From assembly GCA_041666525.1 (NCBI GenBank), contig JBAYGT010000001.1, forward strand, positions 196,157 to 260,156: a DNA stretch of 64,000 nt, read 5' to 3'. The position numbers and the translations under genes were made by a program. Below are positions 18,712-28,906 of this stretch, piece after piece (position 1 is the stretch's first letter; each line of letters begins with the position of its first letter). The DNA comes from Negativicutes bacterium. GTDB lineage: Bacteria; Bacillota; Negativicutes; JBAXTZ01. The notes under the pieces were generated by a model that worked only from the letters and a program-made list of their open reading frames with translations, did no database searches and had not been told where the DNA came from.

Positions 18712-19410
18712 TTACACCTGCCACGTTGCGATCGTCATTGTTAAACCAATCTGCGCTAAAAAATAGGTCACCATCACAATAATGCGATTTATACGGCTTT
18801 TTTCAATCGCAACAAACATACCATAACTCAAAAACGAATCAGAAACAAAAAATAGCGCGGCACCGATAACACAGACAACACTGCTAAGTATCGACCACTC
18901 CGGCCGAAGAATTGTCGACAGTCCGGAATACAACATTGCCACCAAAATTACCGAGTAAGCCAGAACCGGAATGATTAATCCACGTTCGCCTTTTTTTATC
19001 AATCCGTTAACGATAATGCGCACCACAAAAAAAGCAACAATTAACACTGCCAGCAACATCAACAATGAACTTATTGGCGGCGCATAATAATTCAAGCCGA
19101 AAATATAGGCCAAATGGCCGCAAAAAAACGCTACTAATCCCAATAAAAACCAGGTGTTATTATGTGGTAGCATCAAAAAAACATCGCCGAACAACGAAAA
19201 AATCAATCCGATAATAAATAGTTTGCCTAACCATTGGTTTTCAGAAGTTAACGGCAACAACAACGCACAAGTAATCAGCAACACCATCGTCAGCGGTTTT
19301 GAAATACGTTCGCAAACTCGCCACTCCATATAAATTGAAAGCCAATTCCAAATTGCGCTTAAAAACGCTGCAAGTAGAAAACAGTATGCGATTGTCATAA
19401 CACGCTCCAA
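18712..19410 (-). CDS. YhhN-family lysoplasmalogenase-like membrane protein
   Basis: 232 aa, about 8 TM helices, YhhN-type pattern. Confidence 0.55.
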   Translation of the reverse strand: MERVMTIAYCFLLAAFLSAIWNWLSIYMEWRVCERISKPLTMVLLITCALLLPLTSENQWLGKLFIIGLIFSLFGDVFLMLPHNNTWFLLGLVAFFCGHLAYIFGLNYYAPPISSLLMLLAVLIVAFFVVRIIVNGLIKKGERGLIIPVLAYSVILVAMLYSGLSTILRPEWSILSSVVCVIGAALFFVSDSFLSYGMFVAIEKSRINRIIVMVTYFLAQIGLTMTIATWQV

Positions 19411-19447
19411 ATCTTTTAATCATTATCGCATATTTATCCAACAAGCG

Positions 19448-19738
19448 TCAAACTGGATGATGCTTGAATAAATACCAAAACAAAAAATTAATAGCTATTG
19501 CCGCTACAAAAATTATCACGATAAATAATATCAACAGCCCTAATGCACCAATAATCATCCGGAATTTATTCTGCCCGGTTGTCATTGCTTTGGCCTTCCA
19601 GACAAAGGGAATACTAATCACCGCTAAAAGAACTAGAGATGCAAGAATGTATTTCCAATAGCCCAGCACCAATAGAATTGCGATAAAAGCTGTCACCAAT
19701 ATACTTATTAAATAAATCATAGACACCCTCTCAAGCAA
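19448..19738 (-). CDS. small hydrophobic membrane protein (3 TM)
   Basis: 96 aa, strongly hydrophobic, RBS GAGAGGG. Confidence 0.4.
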   Translation of the reverse strand: MLERVSMIYLISILVTAFIAILLVLGYWKYILASLVLLAVISIPFVWKAKAMTTGQNKFRMIIGALGLLILFIVIIFVAAIAINFLFWYLFKHHPV

Positions 19739-19766
19739 AAGAAAAAGGCACGAAAAATCGTGCCTT
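19733..19766 (-). terminator. terminator of rplM-rpsI
   Basis: aaggcacg-aaaaat-cgtgcctt; U-rich after the hairpin on the minus-strand RNA. Confidence 0.65.
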
Positions 19767-19777
19767 GAGAATATGTG

Positions 19778-20170
19778 TTATCGTTTTGAGAACTGGCTTG
19801 CTTTACGAGCTTTCTTTAAACCATATTTTCTGCGTTCTTTTTCACGCGGATCGCGGGTTAAGAAACCAGCTTTTTTTAAAGACAAACGGTAATCACCATC
19901 AACATGCAATAACGCCCGGGAAATACCATGACGAACTGCGCCGGCTTGCCCGGACAATCCACCACCGGCAACATTTAACTTGATGTCAAATTTATCGGTA
20001 GTTTGTGTCAGTTCAAGCGGTTGCCTGATAATAAGCCGCAACGTCTTCAATGGAAAATATTCTTCAAATTCTTTACCGTTAACTGTGATTATTCCAGTTC
20101 CCGGTAATATACGGACGCGCGCAACAGAAGTCTTTCTTCTGCCGGTGCCGTAAAATTCTATACTCGACAT
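19778..20170 (-). CDS. rpsI: 30S ribosomal protein S9
   Basis: ...[19 protein letters not shown]-terminus. Confidence 0.95.
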   Translation of the reverse strand: MSSIEFYGTGRRKTSVARVRILPGTGIITVNGKEFEEYFPLKTLRLIIRQPLELTQTTDKFDIKLNVAGGGLSGQAGAVRHGISRALLHVDGDYRLSLKKAGFLTRDPREKERRKYGLKKARKASQFSKR

Positions 20171-20190
20171 TATATTCCTCCTACTCCGCC

Positions 20191-20628
20191 TTATCTAATA
20201 TTGAGCTTAAGCTCTTCCGGTTGTTGCGCTTGGTGTGGATGGTTCGGGCCAACATACACATTCAATTTACGGTACATTTGACGACCGAGCGTATTTTTAG
20301 GCAACATGCCTTTTACTGCCATCTCTACGACTCTGCCCGGATGACTTGCCAACATTTTTCCTAAGGTTACAAAAGTAGTTCCGCCAACATATCCTGAATG
20401 ACGAAAATATGTTTTTTGCAGCAATTTGTTTCCAGTAGTTTTTATTTTTTCTGCATTTACAATTATTACGTGATCGCCACAGTCAACATGTGGAGTGAAC
20501 GTCGGTTTGTGTTTACCGCGAAGTATTTTTGCAACTTCAACAGCCAAGCGGCCAAGAGTTTTGCCGTCCGCATCAACGACGAACCATTTACGCTCTACTG
20601 TAGCACTATTCGCCATGAATGATTTCAT
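20191..20628 (-). CDS. rplM: 50S ribosomal protein L13
   Basis: [20 protein letters not shown]... Confidence 0.95.
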   Translation of the reverse strand: MKSFMANSATVERKWFVVDADGKTLGRLAVEVAKILRGKHKPTFTPHVDCGDHVIIVNAEKIKTTGNKLLQKTYFRHSGYVGGTTFVTLGKMLASHPGRVVEMAVKGMLPKNTLGRQMYRKLNVYVGPNHPHQAQQPEELKLNIR

Positions 20629-20768
20629 AGTCTCTTCCTTCCAACAACTTAATCAGTTCTTATATTTTTGCGCTGCTTTCGGGGCTAGTGAAAGCAACGA
20701 CAAAATGTCGCACGCATTATTGTAAACACAATGCTCATATAAGTCAAGAATATTTAGCGAATATATAT

Positions 20769-21254
20769 TTAATTTCGCTGTCCGAGTTGAGCGTCCACTT
20801 CAGCAATTTTCGTTTGATCTTCAGCGGCAGCGGCAAAAAACGCTACAATCTTTGAAGCTGTTTCTTCTTCTTCTTTTTGCTCGTTGATAAACCACTGCAG
20901 GAAAGTTTGAGCTTCAGCGTCAGCGGCATACTCAGCCTCGCCGACCAACTCAACTATCCGGCTGGTAACATATTGCTCGTGCGCGAGTACTTCATTGAAA
21001 ACATCAACGACTGTACCAAACTGCTCTTTAGGTGAATCAATTGTGTAAAAACGCACCTCGCCAGCACGCGCAGTTACATAATCAATCAATTTTCTGGCAT
21101 GCATCATTTCTTCGTAATACTGTTGAGTCAGCCAGTGCGCAGCACCGCCTAATCCTTGCCGGGCCACAGCCGTTGCCATCGCCAGATACAAATAAGCCGA
21201 ATAAATTTCCACATTAATTTGCTTGTTAAATTGATATTGAAGTTCTTTGTCCAT
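20769..21254 (-). CDS. ftn: ferritin (Ftn-type, non-haem)
   Basis: MDKELQYQFNKQINVEIYSAYLYLAMA... ferroxidase-site E/Y/H residues. The track Met at 21326 is probably an upstream extension. Confidence 0.8.
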   Translation of the reverse strand: MDKELQYQFNKQINVEIYSAYLYLAMATAVARQGLGGAAHWLTQQYYEEMMHARKLIDYVTARAGEVRFYTIDSPKEQFGTVVDVFNEVLAHEQYVTSRIVELVGEAEYAADAEAQTFLQWFINEQKEEEETASKIVAFFAAAAEDQTKIAEVDAQLGQRN

Positions 21255-21291
21255 GATAATAATCTCCTGTTTTTTTATTTTGTTCCAAACT

Positions 21292-22596
21292 CTATTGAAA
21301 ATTGCCAGCCGCATACACTTGATCAATCAGCCTTAGCTGCTTTGATGTTGAGTGTTCGTGCATATTGGCAACCAGAACACAATTTAATATATTTCCTCTT
21401 GAATCACGTCCGCCGCTTGTCGAATGAATAACGTAATGCTTGCCGCACGTTGCCCCAAGATACATCATCACATGTCCGGGAGTGAAAACAACTCCACCAG
21501 AATTTACAGCTGCCAGCATTTGTGACCTATTAATTATATCATCATTTTCCGAAAAGTCCAGTCTTCGTTTTAATGCTTTTGGCTGTTCCTCGACCGCACA
21601 ATTACGTGGCAATCTGAACCCAAACACGGAATAAGCTGCCATTATCAAGCCAGAACAATCCCAACTTTCGTACAAACCACCCCAGCCATAACGCTCTCCC
21701 AATAATTTGAAAGCTTGGCGCAATAAATTTGCCAAAGTATACGGTAATCGACCGACAGCGACATCACTACCAATTGGTATTAACAGCGGTACAATCAGAC
21801 CACTGCCGTCTGTATGTCGCCTGGGCACCGCAACAACATAAGAACCGCAAATATTTTGCATGTCAACAATCTCTTTGGGTGCACCATACCACAACGGTAA
21901 CTGTGCTCCCATCGAAAACAGCAATTTCTGCCGTCCGCTACAATAACCTTCAGCGATATACAATCGTTTTCCAGTCACAACTAAACATTCTTTTTGGTAA
22001 TGGTGACAGTAGTCGCGCCAAACCGCTGCATCAAACAAAGCGATCTTGTTTTTTTCCACCCAACCACAATAATTGAAGAGCCGGACAAAAAACCACAAAC
22101 CATCGGCGCTCTCATGATAAACCAGCACCGGCTGTCCCGGTTCGAGATGAGTCTCTTGGAATCGGTCGATTAGTGGATAATCCGTCAATTCCCGGCAAGC
22201 AAAAACATTTGTCGGAAATGCGCGCACATTGCAACGCTCCGTAGCCAAAGCATAACGAACATTTGTTGTCTCAAGAATGCTTCCGCTGTTTTTCAAAGCA
22301 AATAATTCTGCCCAAACCAAATCGTTGGCACCCTCGCCGTTTATGAACAGTTCTTGTTGACTTAGCACATCATAGCGATTTACCAGCACGTACAGTTTTT
22401 CAGCATTAATTTGTGCGGCCGTTGTGTAAATATCCGTCATGTGAGCGGGAATATTTTCGATTAATGATTGGTTGAAAATATCAATTTCAACTTCAGTCAG
22501 CAAAACATCATTAGCGTTTAAGTTCTTGGCTATCCAATAGTCCGCACTCAACATATCATATTCTACGTCAGGCGCAGCCGCAACATAGTTTCGCAA
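21292..22596 (-). CDS. SH3b + NlpC/P60-family cell-wall endopeptidase
   Basis: 434 aa; C-terminal YGWGG...DCSGLI...H NlpC/P60 Cys-His signature. Confidence 0.8.
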   Translation of the reverse strand: MRNYVAAAPDVEYDMLSADYWIAKNLNANDVLLTEVEIDIFNQSLIENIPAHMTDIYTTAAQINAEKLYVLVNRYDVLSQQELFINGEGANDLVWAELFALKNSGSILETTNVRYALATERCNVRAFPTNVFACRELTDYPLIDRFQETHLEPGQPVLVYHESADGLWFFVRLFNYCGWVEKNKIALFDAAVWRDYCHHYQKECLVVTGKRLYIAEGYCSGRQKLLFSMGAQLPLWYGAPKEIVDMQNICGSYVVAVPRRHTDGSGLIVPLLIPIGSDVAVGRLPYTLANLLRQAFKLLGERYGWGGLYESWDCSGLIMAAYSVFGFRLPRNCAVEEQPKALKRRLDFSENDDIINRSQMLAAVNSGGVVFTPGHVMMYLGATCGKHYVIHSTSGGRDSRGNILNCVLVANMHEHSTSKQLRLIDQVYAAGNFQ

Positions 22597-22600
22597 GAGT

Positions 22601-24199
22601 TCACTCCTTATAAGCTTCTTTCATTAGCGTCTTTCCTGAGGCATCGCGGATAATACCGTGAACTGCACCGCTCTCCATAATCCGGTTCATCGAAAATGCG
22701 TACGGCATAATCGGCATTTCATCGAAAATGATTTTCTCGCCCTCATGCATCAACCGCATCCGTTCAACATTGTCGTTCGTATTTTGCGCCCGCGTAATCA
22801 ACCCGTCATAGCTGGCGTTCGACCAGCGCGGAACATTGTTTGTGTCACTGCTGGTCAAAAGCACGGACATATAAGCCATTGGGTCAAGGTAATCACCTAC
22901 GCAACTGTTAGTACAAATATCATACTGTAATTCGTCACGGCTTTTGTTATATACCTTCCATTCCTGTCCAACAAGTTTGATTTTTACACCCAAAACTTTT
23001 TTATACATTTCCTGAATCATTTCACCATATTTACTTTTGCCGGCACTACTACCAAACATGAAGGTTAATTCGGGAAACCCTTTTCCGTTTGGATAACCGG
23101 CATCGGCCAATAGCTTTTTGGCGCGTTCTGGATCGTAGTTAAAATATGTGCCGCCGACCTTACGGAAATCGCTGTCTGCCGTCGCATCAGGAATCCCAAA
23201 CGGTACCCAGGCATAGGCCTCTCTGGAAGCACCCAACACCTTGGCTTCCTGTAACAAGGCAGTACAGTCTATCGCATAAGACAACGCTTTTCGCACCCGC
23301 ACGTCGTTCAGCGGCTTGTTGTGAACATTAAATGCTAAATAGTTTGTATTCATGAATGGATAATTCTTTATTTTACCTGCAGCAACCAGCCGCTTATATT
23401 CTGATTCCGGCGGCAAGGTATCTGAAACATCAAGTTGATTACTCTCCAGCATTGACATAGCGGTTGAATCTTTGTCAACCATATATATATCTATTTCACT
23501 TAACTTAACTTTGGCTTTGTCCCAATATTTATCGTTTTTTACAAGCGTGATTTTCGAATTGTGATCCCAATCAGTAATTTTGAAAGGGCCATTGCAGATA
23601 ATTGTATTAACGTTAGCCGCCCAATTAGCATTCTTTTCGGCAACCACACTGTCGATTGGAAAATAAGCGTGAGAAGACGTCAGCCGCAGAAAAAAATCAC
23701 AAGGACGTTCAAGTTTTACTTGTAAAGTATGGTCATCAATCGCACTTACACCAAAATCGCTTACACTGCATTTTCCCTGATTAAATTTTTCACCGTTTTT
23801 AACAAAATACAACATAAAAGCGGCTTCCGCAGCGTACTTTGGGTCAACGCCGCAACGCCACGAATATATATAATCTTGTGCCACAACCGGATCGCCGTTC
23901 GACCACTTGGCATCTTTACGAAGATAGAAGGTATACGTTAAGCCGTCTTTAGAAACATCCCATTTTTCAGCACCTGCCGGTAAAACCACGTTGTCACTGC
24001 CGATCGAACAAAGCCCTTCGTACAACTGATCAGCAACGCCTAAAGTATATGTTGAAGACATTTTTTGCGGGTTGAGCGATTCAGGATCATCAGGTATCGC
24101 CCAGCGCAACACCTCTTTGTCAGATTTAGAAAACGAACAACCAGCGAAAGTACCAACAAATATAAACAACAGTAGCAAAATGGCAAGCAATTTTTTCAT
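22601..24199 (-). CDS. oppA: peptide ABC transporter substrate-binding lipoprotein (OppA/DppA family 5)
   Basis: Signal peptide with LLLLFIFVGTFAGCS lipobox; 532 aa SBP_bac_5 pattern. Confidence 0.8.
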   Translation of the reverse strand: MKKLLAILLLLFIFVGTFAGCSFSKSDKEVLRWAIPDDPESLNPQKMSSTYTLGVADQLYEGLCSIGSDNVVLPAGAEKWDVSKDGLTYTFYLRKDAKWSNGDPVVAQDYIYSWRCGVDPKYAAEAAFMLYFVKNGEKFNQGKCSVSDFGVSAIDDHTLQVKLERPCDFFLRLTSSHAYFPIDSVVAEKNANWAANVNTIICNGPFKITDWDHNSKITLVKNDKYWDKAKVKLSEIDIYMVDKDSTAMSMLESNQLDVSDTLPPESEYKRLVAAGKIKNYPFMNTNYLAFNVHNKPLNDVRVRKALSYAIDCTALLQEAKVLGASREAYAWVPFGIPDATADSDFRKVGGTYFNYDPERAKKLLADAGYPNGKGFPELTFMFGSSAGKSKYGEMIQEMYKKVLGVKIKLVGQEWKVYNKSRDELQYDICTNSCVGDYLDPMAYMSVLLTSSDTNNVPRWSNASYDGLITRAQNTNDNVERMRLMHEGEKIIFDEMPIMPYAFSMNRIMESGAVHGIIRDASGKTLMKEAYKE

Positions 24200-24291
24200 A
24201 GATTTTACAATCCTTTCAAATGGCTGTGAACCGTCTATAAATACCTCAGCATTATATCAGATAGTACAAAAAAACAAAATATTTCCTTGCA

Positions 24292-24322
24292 ACAAAAAAA
24301 CACCGACCAAAGGTCGGTGTCT
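24292..24322 (-). terminator. terminator of yajC
   Basis: acaccgacc-aaa-ggtcggtgt plus U-run on the minus-strand RNA. Confidence 0.75.
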
Positions 24323-24328
24323 GTTTGT

Positions 24329-24655
24329 TTAGTTAGATGAATTTTCAGGTAGTTGCTCCGGGGCTGCGCCACTTTCATCATTATCCTGATTCTGATGACG
24401 ACTGATTGCCGAACGGGCAAACTTGACTTCGATTTTTTCAGCAATTTGTAATGTAATTGTATCTTGAGTCATTGCAACAATTTTACCATATATACCGCCG
24501 ATTGTAACAACTCGGTCACCCTTTTTCAAGGTATCCAGCAAAGAAGCACGCTTTTTCTGCTGTTTTTTTTGCGGACGATATAAGATGAAGTAGAAAATTA
24601 CTATCATCAATAATATCGGCCATGACATACTAAACATTTGCTCTAAAGAACCCAT
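24329..24655 (-). CDS. yajC: preprotein translocase subunit YajC
   Basis: 108 aa; TM plus ...KGDRVVTIGGIYGKIVAM... Confidence 0.9.
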   Translation of the reverse strand: MGSLEQMFSMSWPILLMIVIFYFILYRPQKKQQKKRASLLDTLKKGDRVVTIGGIYGKIVAMTQDTITLQIAEKIEVKFARSAISRHQNQDNDESGAAPEQLPENSSN

Positions 24656-24815
24656 TTTTCCTCCAAAATATATAAAAACTCAGGTTATGATACAACATAA
24701 TTAATACTTTGTCAAAGTTTAATATCTTCCTCAAAATTTCTAGCTAATAATTATTTACTATACCATTGAGCTGTAATATAATTAACACATAAACTATTAA
24801 GGAGAGTGATAACCT

Positions 24816-25526
24816 ATGGGAACACCACATATTGGTGCTAATGTCGGTGATATCGCCGAGACCATTCTGCTCCCCGGAGACCCGCTACGCGCAAAACTTA
24901 TCGCTGAAACTTACCTAACCGACGTCGTTCAATACAACAAAGTTCGCAACATGTTTGGTTATACCGGTTATTATCAAGGTCGCCGGGTTTCTGTCCAAGG
25001 TACCGGCATGGGTATTCCGTCGATTTCCATTTATGTTAACGAACTAATCAACACCTATGGTTGTCAAAATCTTATTCGTATCGGTACTGCCGGTTCGTTA
25101 CGTGCCGACGTGAAAGTTCGCGATATCGTTTTGGGAATGTCGGCCGCACATGACAGCGCCATCAACAGCATCCGGTTTCGCGGCATGACCTACTGCCCGA
25201 CAGCCGATTTTACGTTGTTAAATAACGCCTACAATGCAGCAATGAGTAAAAATCTTTCGGTTCGTGTGGGTCAAATAATGTCTGCTGATACTTTTTACAA
25301 CGATGATCCTGATGAATACAAAATTTGGGCTAATCATGGCGTAATGGCTGTCGAGATGGAAGCAGCCGGTCTGTACACTTTAGCTTCCAAATACAATCGC
25401 CGCGCGTTATGCATCTGCACAATCTCTGATAGTTTAGTCACTCACGAATCAATGAGCGCTGAAGACCGGCAAAATTCCCTGCAACAAATGATTGAAATTG
25501 CCCTTGAGTCAACAAAAGCACTCTAA
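24816..25526 (+). CDS. deoD: purine nucleoside phosphorylase (DeoD type)
   Basis: MGTPHIGANVGDIAETILLPGDPLRAK... 236 aa. Confidence 0.9.
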   Translation: MGTPHIGANVGDIAETILLPGDPLRAKLIAETYLTDVVQYNKVRNMFGYTGYYQGRRVSVQGTGMGIPSISIYVNELINTYGCQNLIRIGTAGSLRADVKVRDIVLGMSAAHDSAINSIRFRGMTYCPTADFTLLNNAYNAAMSKNLSVRVGQIMSADTFYNDDPDEYKIWANHGVMAVEMEAAGLYTLASKYNRRALCICTISDSLVTHESMSAEDRQNSLQQMIEIALESTKAL

Positions 25527-25540
25527 CCAGACCTTACCAA

Positions 25541-25577
25541 AAGCAACGCTTCAATCTTGAAGCGTTGCTTTTTTCTT
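25541..25577 (+). terminator. terminator after deoD
   Basis: aagcaacgcttcaatcttgaagcgttgctt plus T6. Confidence 0.8.
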
Positions 25578-25664
25578 TCAAATGTCAATCACTAAGGTTA
25601 TAATGTAGTCTGATTTTCCAAGTCAAGAACAGTGATAATATATTAGCGAGATTTTTGGAGACTT

Positions 25665-26309
25665 ATGCAAGAATTTTTATTGAGTAATATTGAAAAGTTT
25701 GGTTATTTAGCAATTTTCATTTGTACTTTCATCGAAGGAATGTGTATTCCACTCGTCAGTGAACTAATTCTCGGCTTTGCCGGTTTTTTGGTTTTCAAAG
25801 GAACGCTGATGTTTTTACCGACCGCGTTTTCAGCTTGGGCCGGCAGTTTCTGCGGTTCGTTTTTCATTTACTGCGTATTCCGGCGTGGCGGCCGTCCGCT
25901 GGTTTACCGCTATGGCCATTACATTCGCTTGACGCCGCGGCGGTTTGACAAATTTTCCGAATGGTTTGAACGCTTTGGACCGATTTTGATTATTCCCTGG
26001 CGGCAAATTCCCGTTCTCCGCACCAAAATCAGTATCGTTGCCGGAATTTTCGATTTGAATATTTATGTCTTTTCGGCGCTAACTGCCGTCGGTATAGCAG
26101 TTTGGACAACTGCTGCCCTGTATGTATCATACTCGTTTGGCGAAAATTGGCAGCAATTGTTAGCCTTGGGGGCTGATCTGAGCAACTTCATCGTATACGT
26201 ACTTATTTTTAGTGTTATCGGCGCAGCCATTGTGTTCTATTGGCGAAAAAAAGAAAAGCATAAAAAACGATCGCGCCACGCCGATCGTCATCATAATTCG
26301 GAGCAATAA
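25665..26309 (+). CDS. DedA/SNARE-associated family membrane protein
   Basis: 214 aa; DedA pattern. Confidence 0.75.
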   Translation: MQEFLLSNIEKFGYLAIFICTFIEGMCIPLVSELILGFAGFLVFKGTLMFLPTAFSAWAGSFCGSFFIYCVFRRGGRPLVYRYGHYIRLTPRRFDKFSEWFERFGPILIIPWRQIPVLRTKISIVAGIFDLNIYVFSALTAVGIAVWTTAALYVSYSFGENWQQLLALGADLSNFIVYVLIFSVIGAAIVFYWRKKEKHKKRSRHADRHHNSEQ

Positions 26310-26310
26310 C

Positions 26311-27057
26311 ATGTTGTTTCTAAGACGAATATTATTTCTGGCACTAATGGCGTTATTTGCCTTTGCCGCCGGAAATTTACTTTACCTTTATTACGGCAAG
26401 ATGGATAATTTCACACCATCCAACCGCTCCGTCAGCCACTTTGAAACGACTTACGAAAAAGCACAAAATCTGACGCATATCAAAACCATCAGTGACGAAC
26501 TCGCTAAGCAATCGGGTTACACAAAATTATCTGATATTCCCCTGCAACTGCGACAAGCGATAATTGCTGTCGAGGACCGGAAGTTTTACAATCACTCCGG
26601 CATTGATAGCGAAAGCATTTTACGGGCAACACTGGTGAATATCCAGAGCGGCGAAATTAGCGAAGGCGGCAGCACCATCACCCAGCAGCTGGCACGAACG
26701 CTGTTTCTATCAAACGAACAGTCATTCACTCGAAAAGTCTGGGAAGCTGGTTTTGCTGTCGGGCTGGAAACACAACTTAGCAAGGATAAAATTCTCGAAC
26801 TTTATTTAAATACAATCTATTTTGGCGAAAACACTTACGGCGCTGCAGCAGCGGCTAAAAAATACTTTCATAAAAGCTTAAAGGATTTAACACTCAACGA
26901 AACAACTATGCTCGCCGGCATCCCCAATGGCCCGTCAATTTATAATCCGATAGCTGACCTGGCAGCCGCCAAGCGCCGCCAACGGATTGTTATTGAAGCA
27001 ATGCAAAAAAACGGTTTCATCGGACAAGAAGAGGCAAATACGCTATCTACTAATTAA
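26311..27057 (+). CDS. mtgA: monofunctional peptidoglycan glycosyltransferase (GT51)
   Basis: AVEDRKFYNHSGID, GGSTITQQLAR, YLNTIYFG... GT51 motifs. Start ATG 26311 with RBS GGAG, right after the dedA stop; the track start 26212 overlaps dedA. Confidence 0.8.
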   Translation: MLFLRRILFLALMALFAFAAGNLLYLYYGKMDNFTPSNRSVSHFETTYEKAQNLTHIKTISDELAKQSGYTKLSDIPLQLRQAIIAVEDRKFYNHSGIDSESILRATLVNIQSGEISEGGSTITQQLARTLFLSNEQSFTRKVWEAGFAVGLETQLSKDKILELYLNTIYFGENTYGAAAAAKKYFHKSLKDLTLNETTMLAGIPNGPSIYNPIADLAAAKRRQRIVIEAMQKNGFIGQEEANTLSTN

Positions 27058-27076
27058 TTTATTTGACTATTTAAAA

Positions 27077-27106
27077 CAAAAAAGCGGCAACTCCGCTTTT
27101 TTGTTT
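27077..27106. terminator. bidirectional terminator between mtgA and aspS
   Basis: aaaaagcggcaactccgcttttttg. Confidence 0.65.
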
Positions 27107-27109
27107 TTC

Positions 27110-28906
27110 TTATTGTTTATCCGATTTTACTGTAGTTGATTTTATATACAGCTCACGCAGTTGCTTGGGGTCGACATCGGCCGGACAATTCAGCATCAGA
27201 TCGGTTGCCGACTGAGTTTTTGGGAACGCGATAACATCACGGATACTGCTGCGTTTTGCCATTAGCATAATCATACGATCCAGTCCAAAGGCAATGCCTC
27301 CATGTGGTGGTGCGCCATATTCAAAGGCGTCAAGCATATAACCGAATTTTTCATAGGCCTGCTCATCAGTCATGCCGACCGCGTTGAAAACTTTGTTTTG
27401 GATATCGCGATTGTAAATACGAATACTACCGCCACCCAGCTCACAGCCGTTCAGAACCAGGTCATAGGCGTTGGCCATAATGCGAGCCGGGTCGCTATCC
27501 AGATATTGTAAATCGCTTTCCTTCGGAGAAGTAAACATGTGATGCATCGCTGCATAGCGCTTGTTCTCAGAATCATATTCAAACATTGGAAAATCCACAA
27601 CCCAAAGAAAATTAAGCATATTATCATCAATAAGATTGCGGCGCTTCGCCATTTCCAACCGCAACGCGCCCAGCGCGGTATTAACAATATTAAGATCGCC
27701 GGCAATGATTAATACTGCGTCATTGGGTTCAGCTTGTACGGTTTCGGTAATTTTAGCAATAATCTCTTCGCTGAAAAACTTGGTAATCGCGGATCGGATT
27801 CCGCCCTCGGCGTAGTTCATCCAGGTCATACCCTTCGCACCGTACTGCCGGATATAATCAACTAATCCGTCGAGTTCGCGCCGGGGAATGTCAGCGTAGC
27901 CTTTAACATTTATACATTTTACAACACCACCACCGGCAATAACATCATTGTAGACTTTGAAGTCCGAACCGTTGACGCATTCGGAAATATCCACCAGCGG
28001 CATTTCAAACCGCATGTCCGGTTTGTCCGAGCCATATTTGTTCATCGCCTCAAAATAGGACATCCGCCGGAAAGGCGTAGAAACCTCTACATTCATCGTT
28101 TCCTTGAAAATATATGCAGTTAGTTTTTCCATCATTTCCAAAATTTGCTCTTGGTCAATAAACGACATCTCAATATCTAGCTGAGTAAATTCCGGCTGAC
28201 GGTCAGCGCGTAAGTCTTCATCACGAAAACAACGGGCTATTTGATAATAGCGTTCCATGCCGGCCACCATGAACAACTGCTTAAATACTTGCGGTGACTG
28301 TGGCAATGCAAAAAACTTGCCGGGCTGAACACGGCTGGGAACTAGATAGTCGCGCGCTCCCTCCGGTGTGCTCTTGCAAAGAATCGGTGTTTCCAATTCA
28401 TAAAATTCGTTTTGATCAAGAAACTTGCGCATCGCCATGGTCACTTTGTGCCGTAACCGAAAACACTCTTGCATTTCCGGCCGCCGCAGATCCAAATAGC
28501 GATATTTCAATCGCAATTGCTCATCGCAATCAATGTTGTCCTGAATATAAAACGGTGGTGTTTTTGCGGAGTTTAGTATCCGCAACTCTAACCCTTCAAC
28601 TTCTATCTCGCCGGATGCAATATTACTGTTTATCGCATCAACACTGCGTAACCGTACTATCCCGCGTACGCATAATACATATTCGTTACGAATCGATTCG
28701 GCTTTTTTGAATGCTGTTGCGTCAATATCCGGTGAAAAAACCACCTGAGCAATTCCGGCCCGGTCACGCATATCGACAAAAATCAATCCGCCGTGGTCAC
28801 GGCGGCGACCGGCCCAACCGCACAACACTACTTCATTTCCTACATCTCTCTTGCTTAGCGATCCGCACGCATTGGTACGGCGCAATCCTGTCATTGTTTC
28901 CATCAT
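27110..28906 (-). CDS. aspS: aspartyl-tRNA synthetase
   Basis: 598 aa class II aaRS, bacterial AspRS with insertion domain; FRDEDLRADRQPEFTQLD, GGGSIR motifs. Confidence 0.95.
   Translation of the reverse strand: MMETMTGLRRTNACGSLSKRDVGNEVVLCGWAGRRRDHGGLIFVDMRDRAGIAQVVFSPDIDATAFKKAESIRNEYVLCVRGIVRLRSVDAINSNIASGEIEVEGLELRILNSAKTPPFYIQDNIDCDEQLRLKYRYLDLRRPEMQECFRLRHKVTMAMRKFLDQNEFYELETPILCKSTPEGARDYLVPSRVQPGKFFALPQSPQVFKQLFMVAGMERYYQIARCFRDEDLRADRQPEFTQLDIEMSFIDQEQILEMMEKLTAYIFKETMNVEVSTPFRRMSYFEAMNKYGSDKPDMRFEMPLVDISECVNGSDFKVYNDVIAGGGVVKCINVKGYADIPRRELDGLVDYIRQYGAKGMTWMNYAEGGIRSAITKFFSEEIIAKITETVQAEPNDAVLIIAGDLNIVNTALGALRLEMAKRRNLIDDNMLNFLWVVDFPMFEYDSENKRYAAMHHMFTSPKESDLQYLDSDPARIMANAYDLVLNGCELGGGSIRIYNRDIQNKVFNAVGMTDEQAYEKFGYMLDAFEYGAPPHGGIAFGLDRMIMLMAKRSSIRDVIAFPKTQSATDLMLNCPADVDPKQLRELYIKSTTVKSDKQ

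Noticed and set aside
26212-26310. Upstream extension of mtgA (track start 26212) overlapping the dedA 3' end
   Set aside because: The extension encodes a non-conserved peptide in a different frame from dedA. ATG 26311 with an RBS immediately after the dedA stop gives a normal signal-anchor N-terminus.
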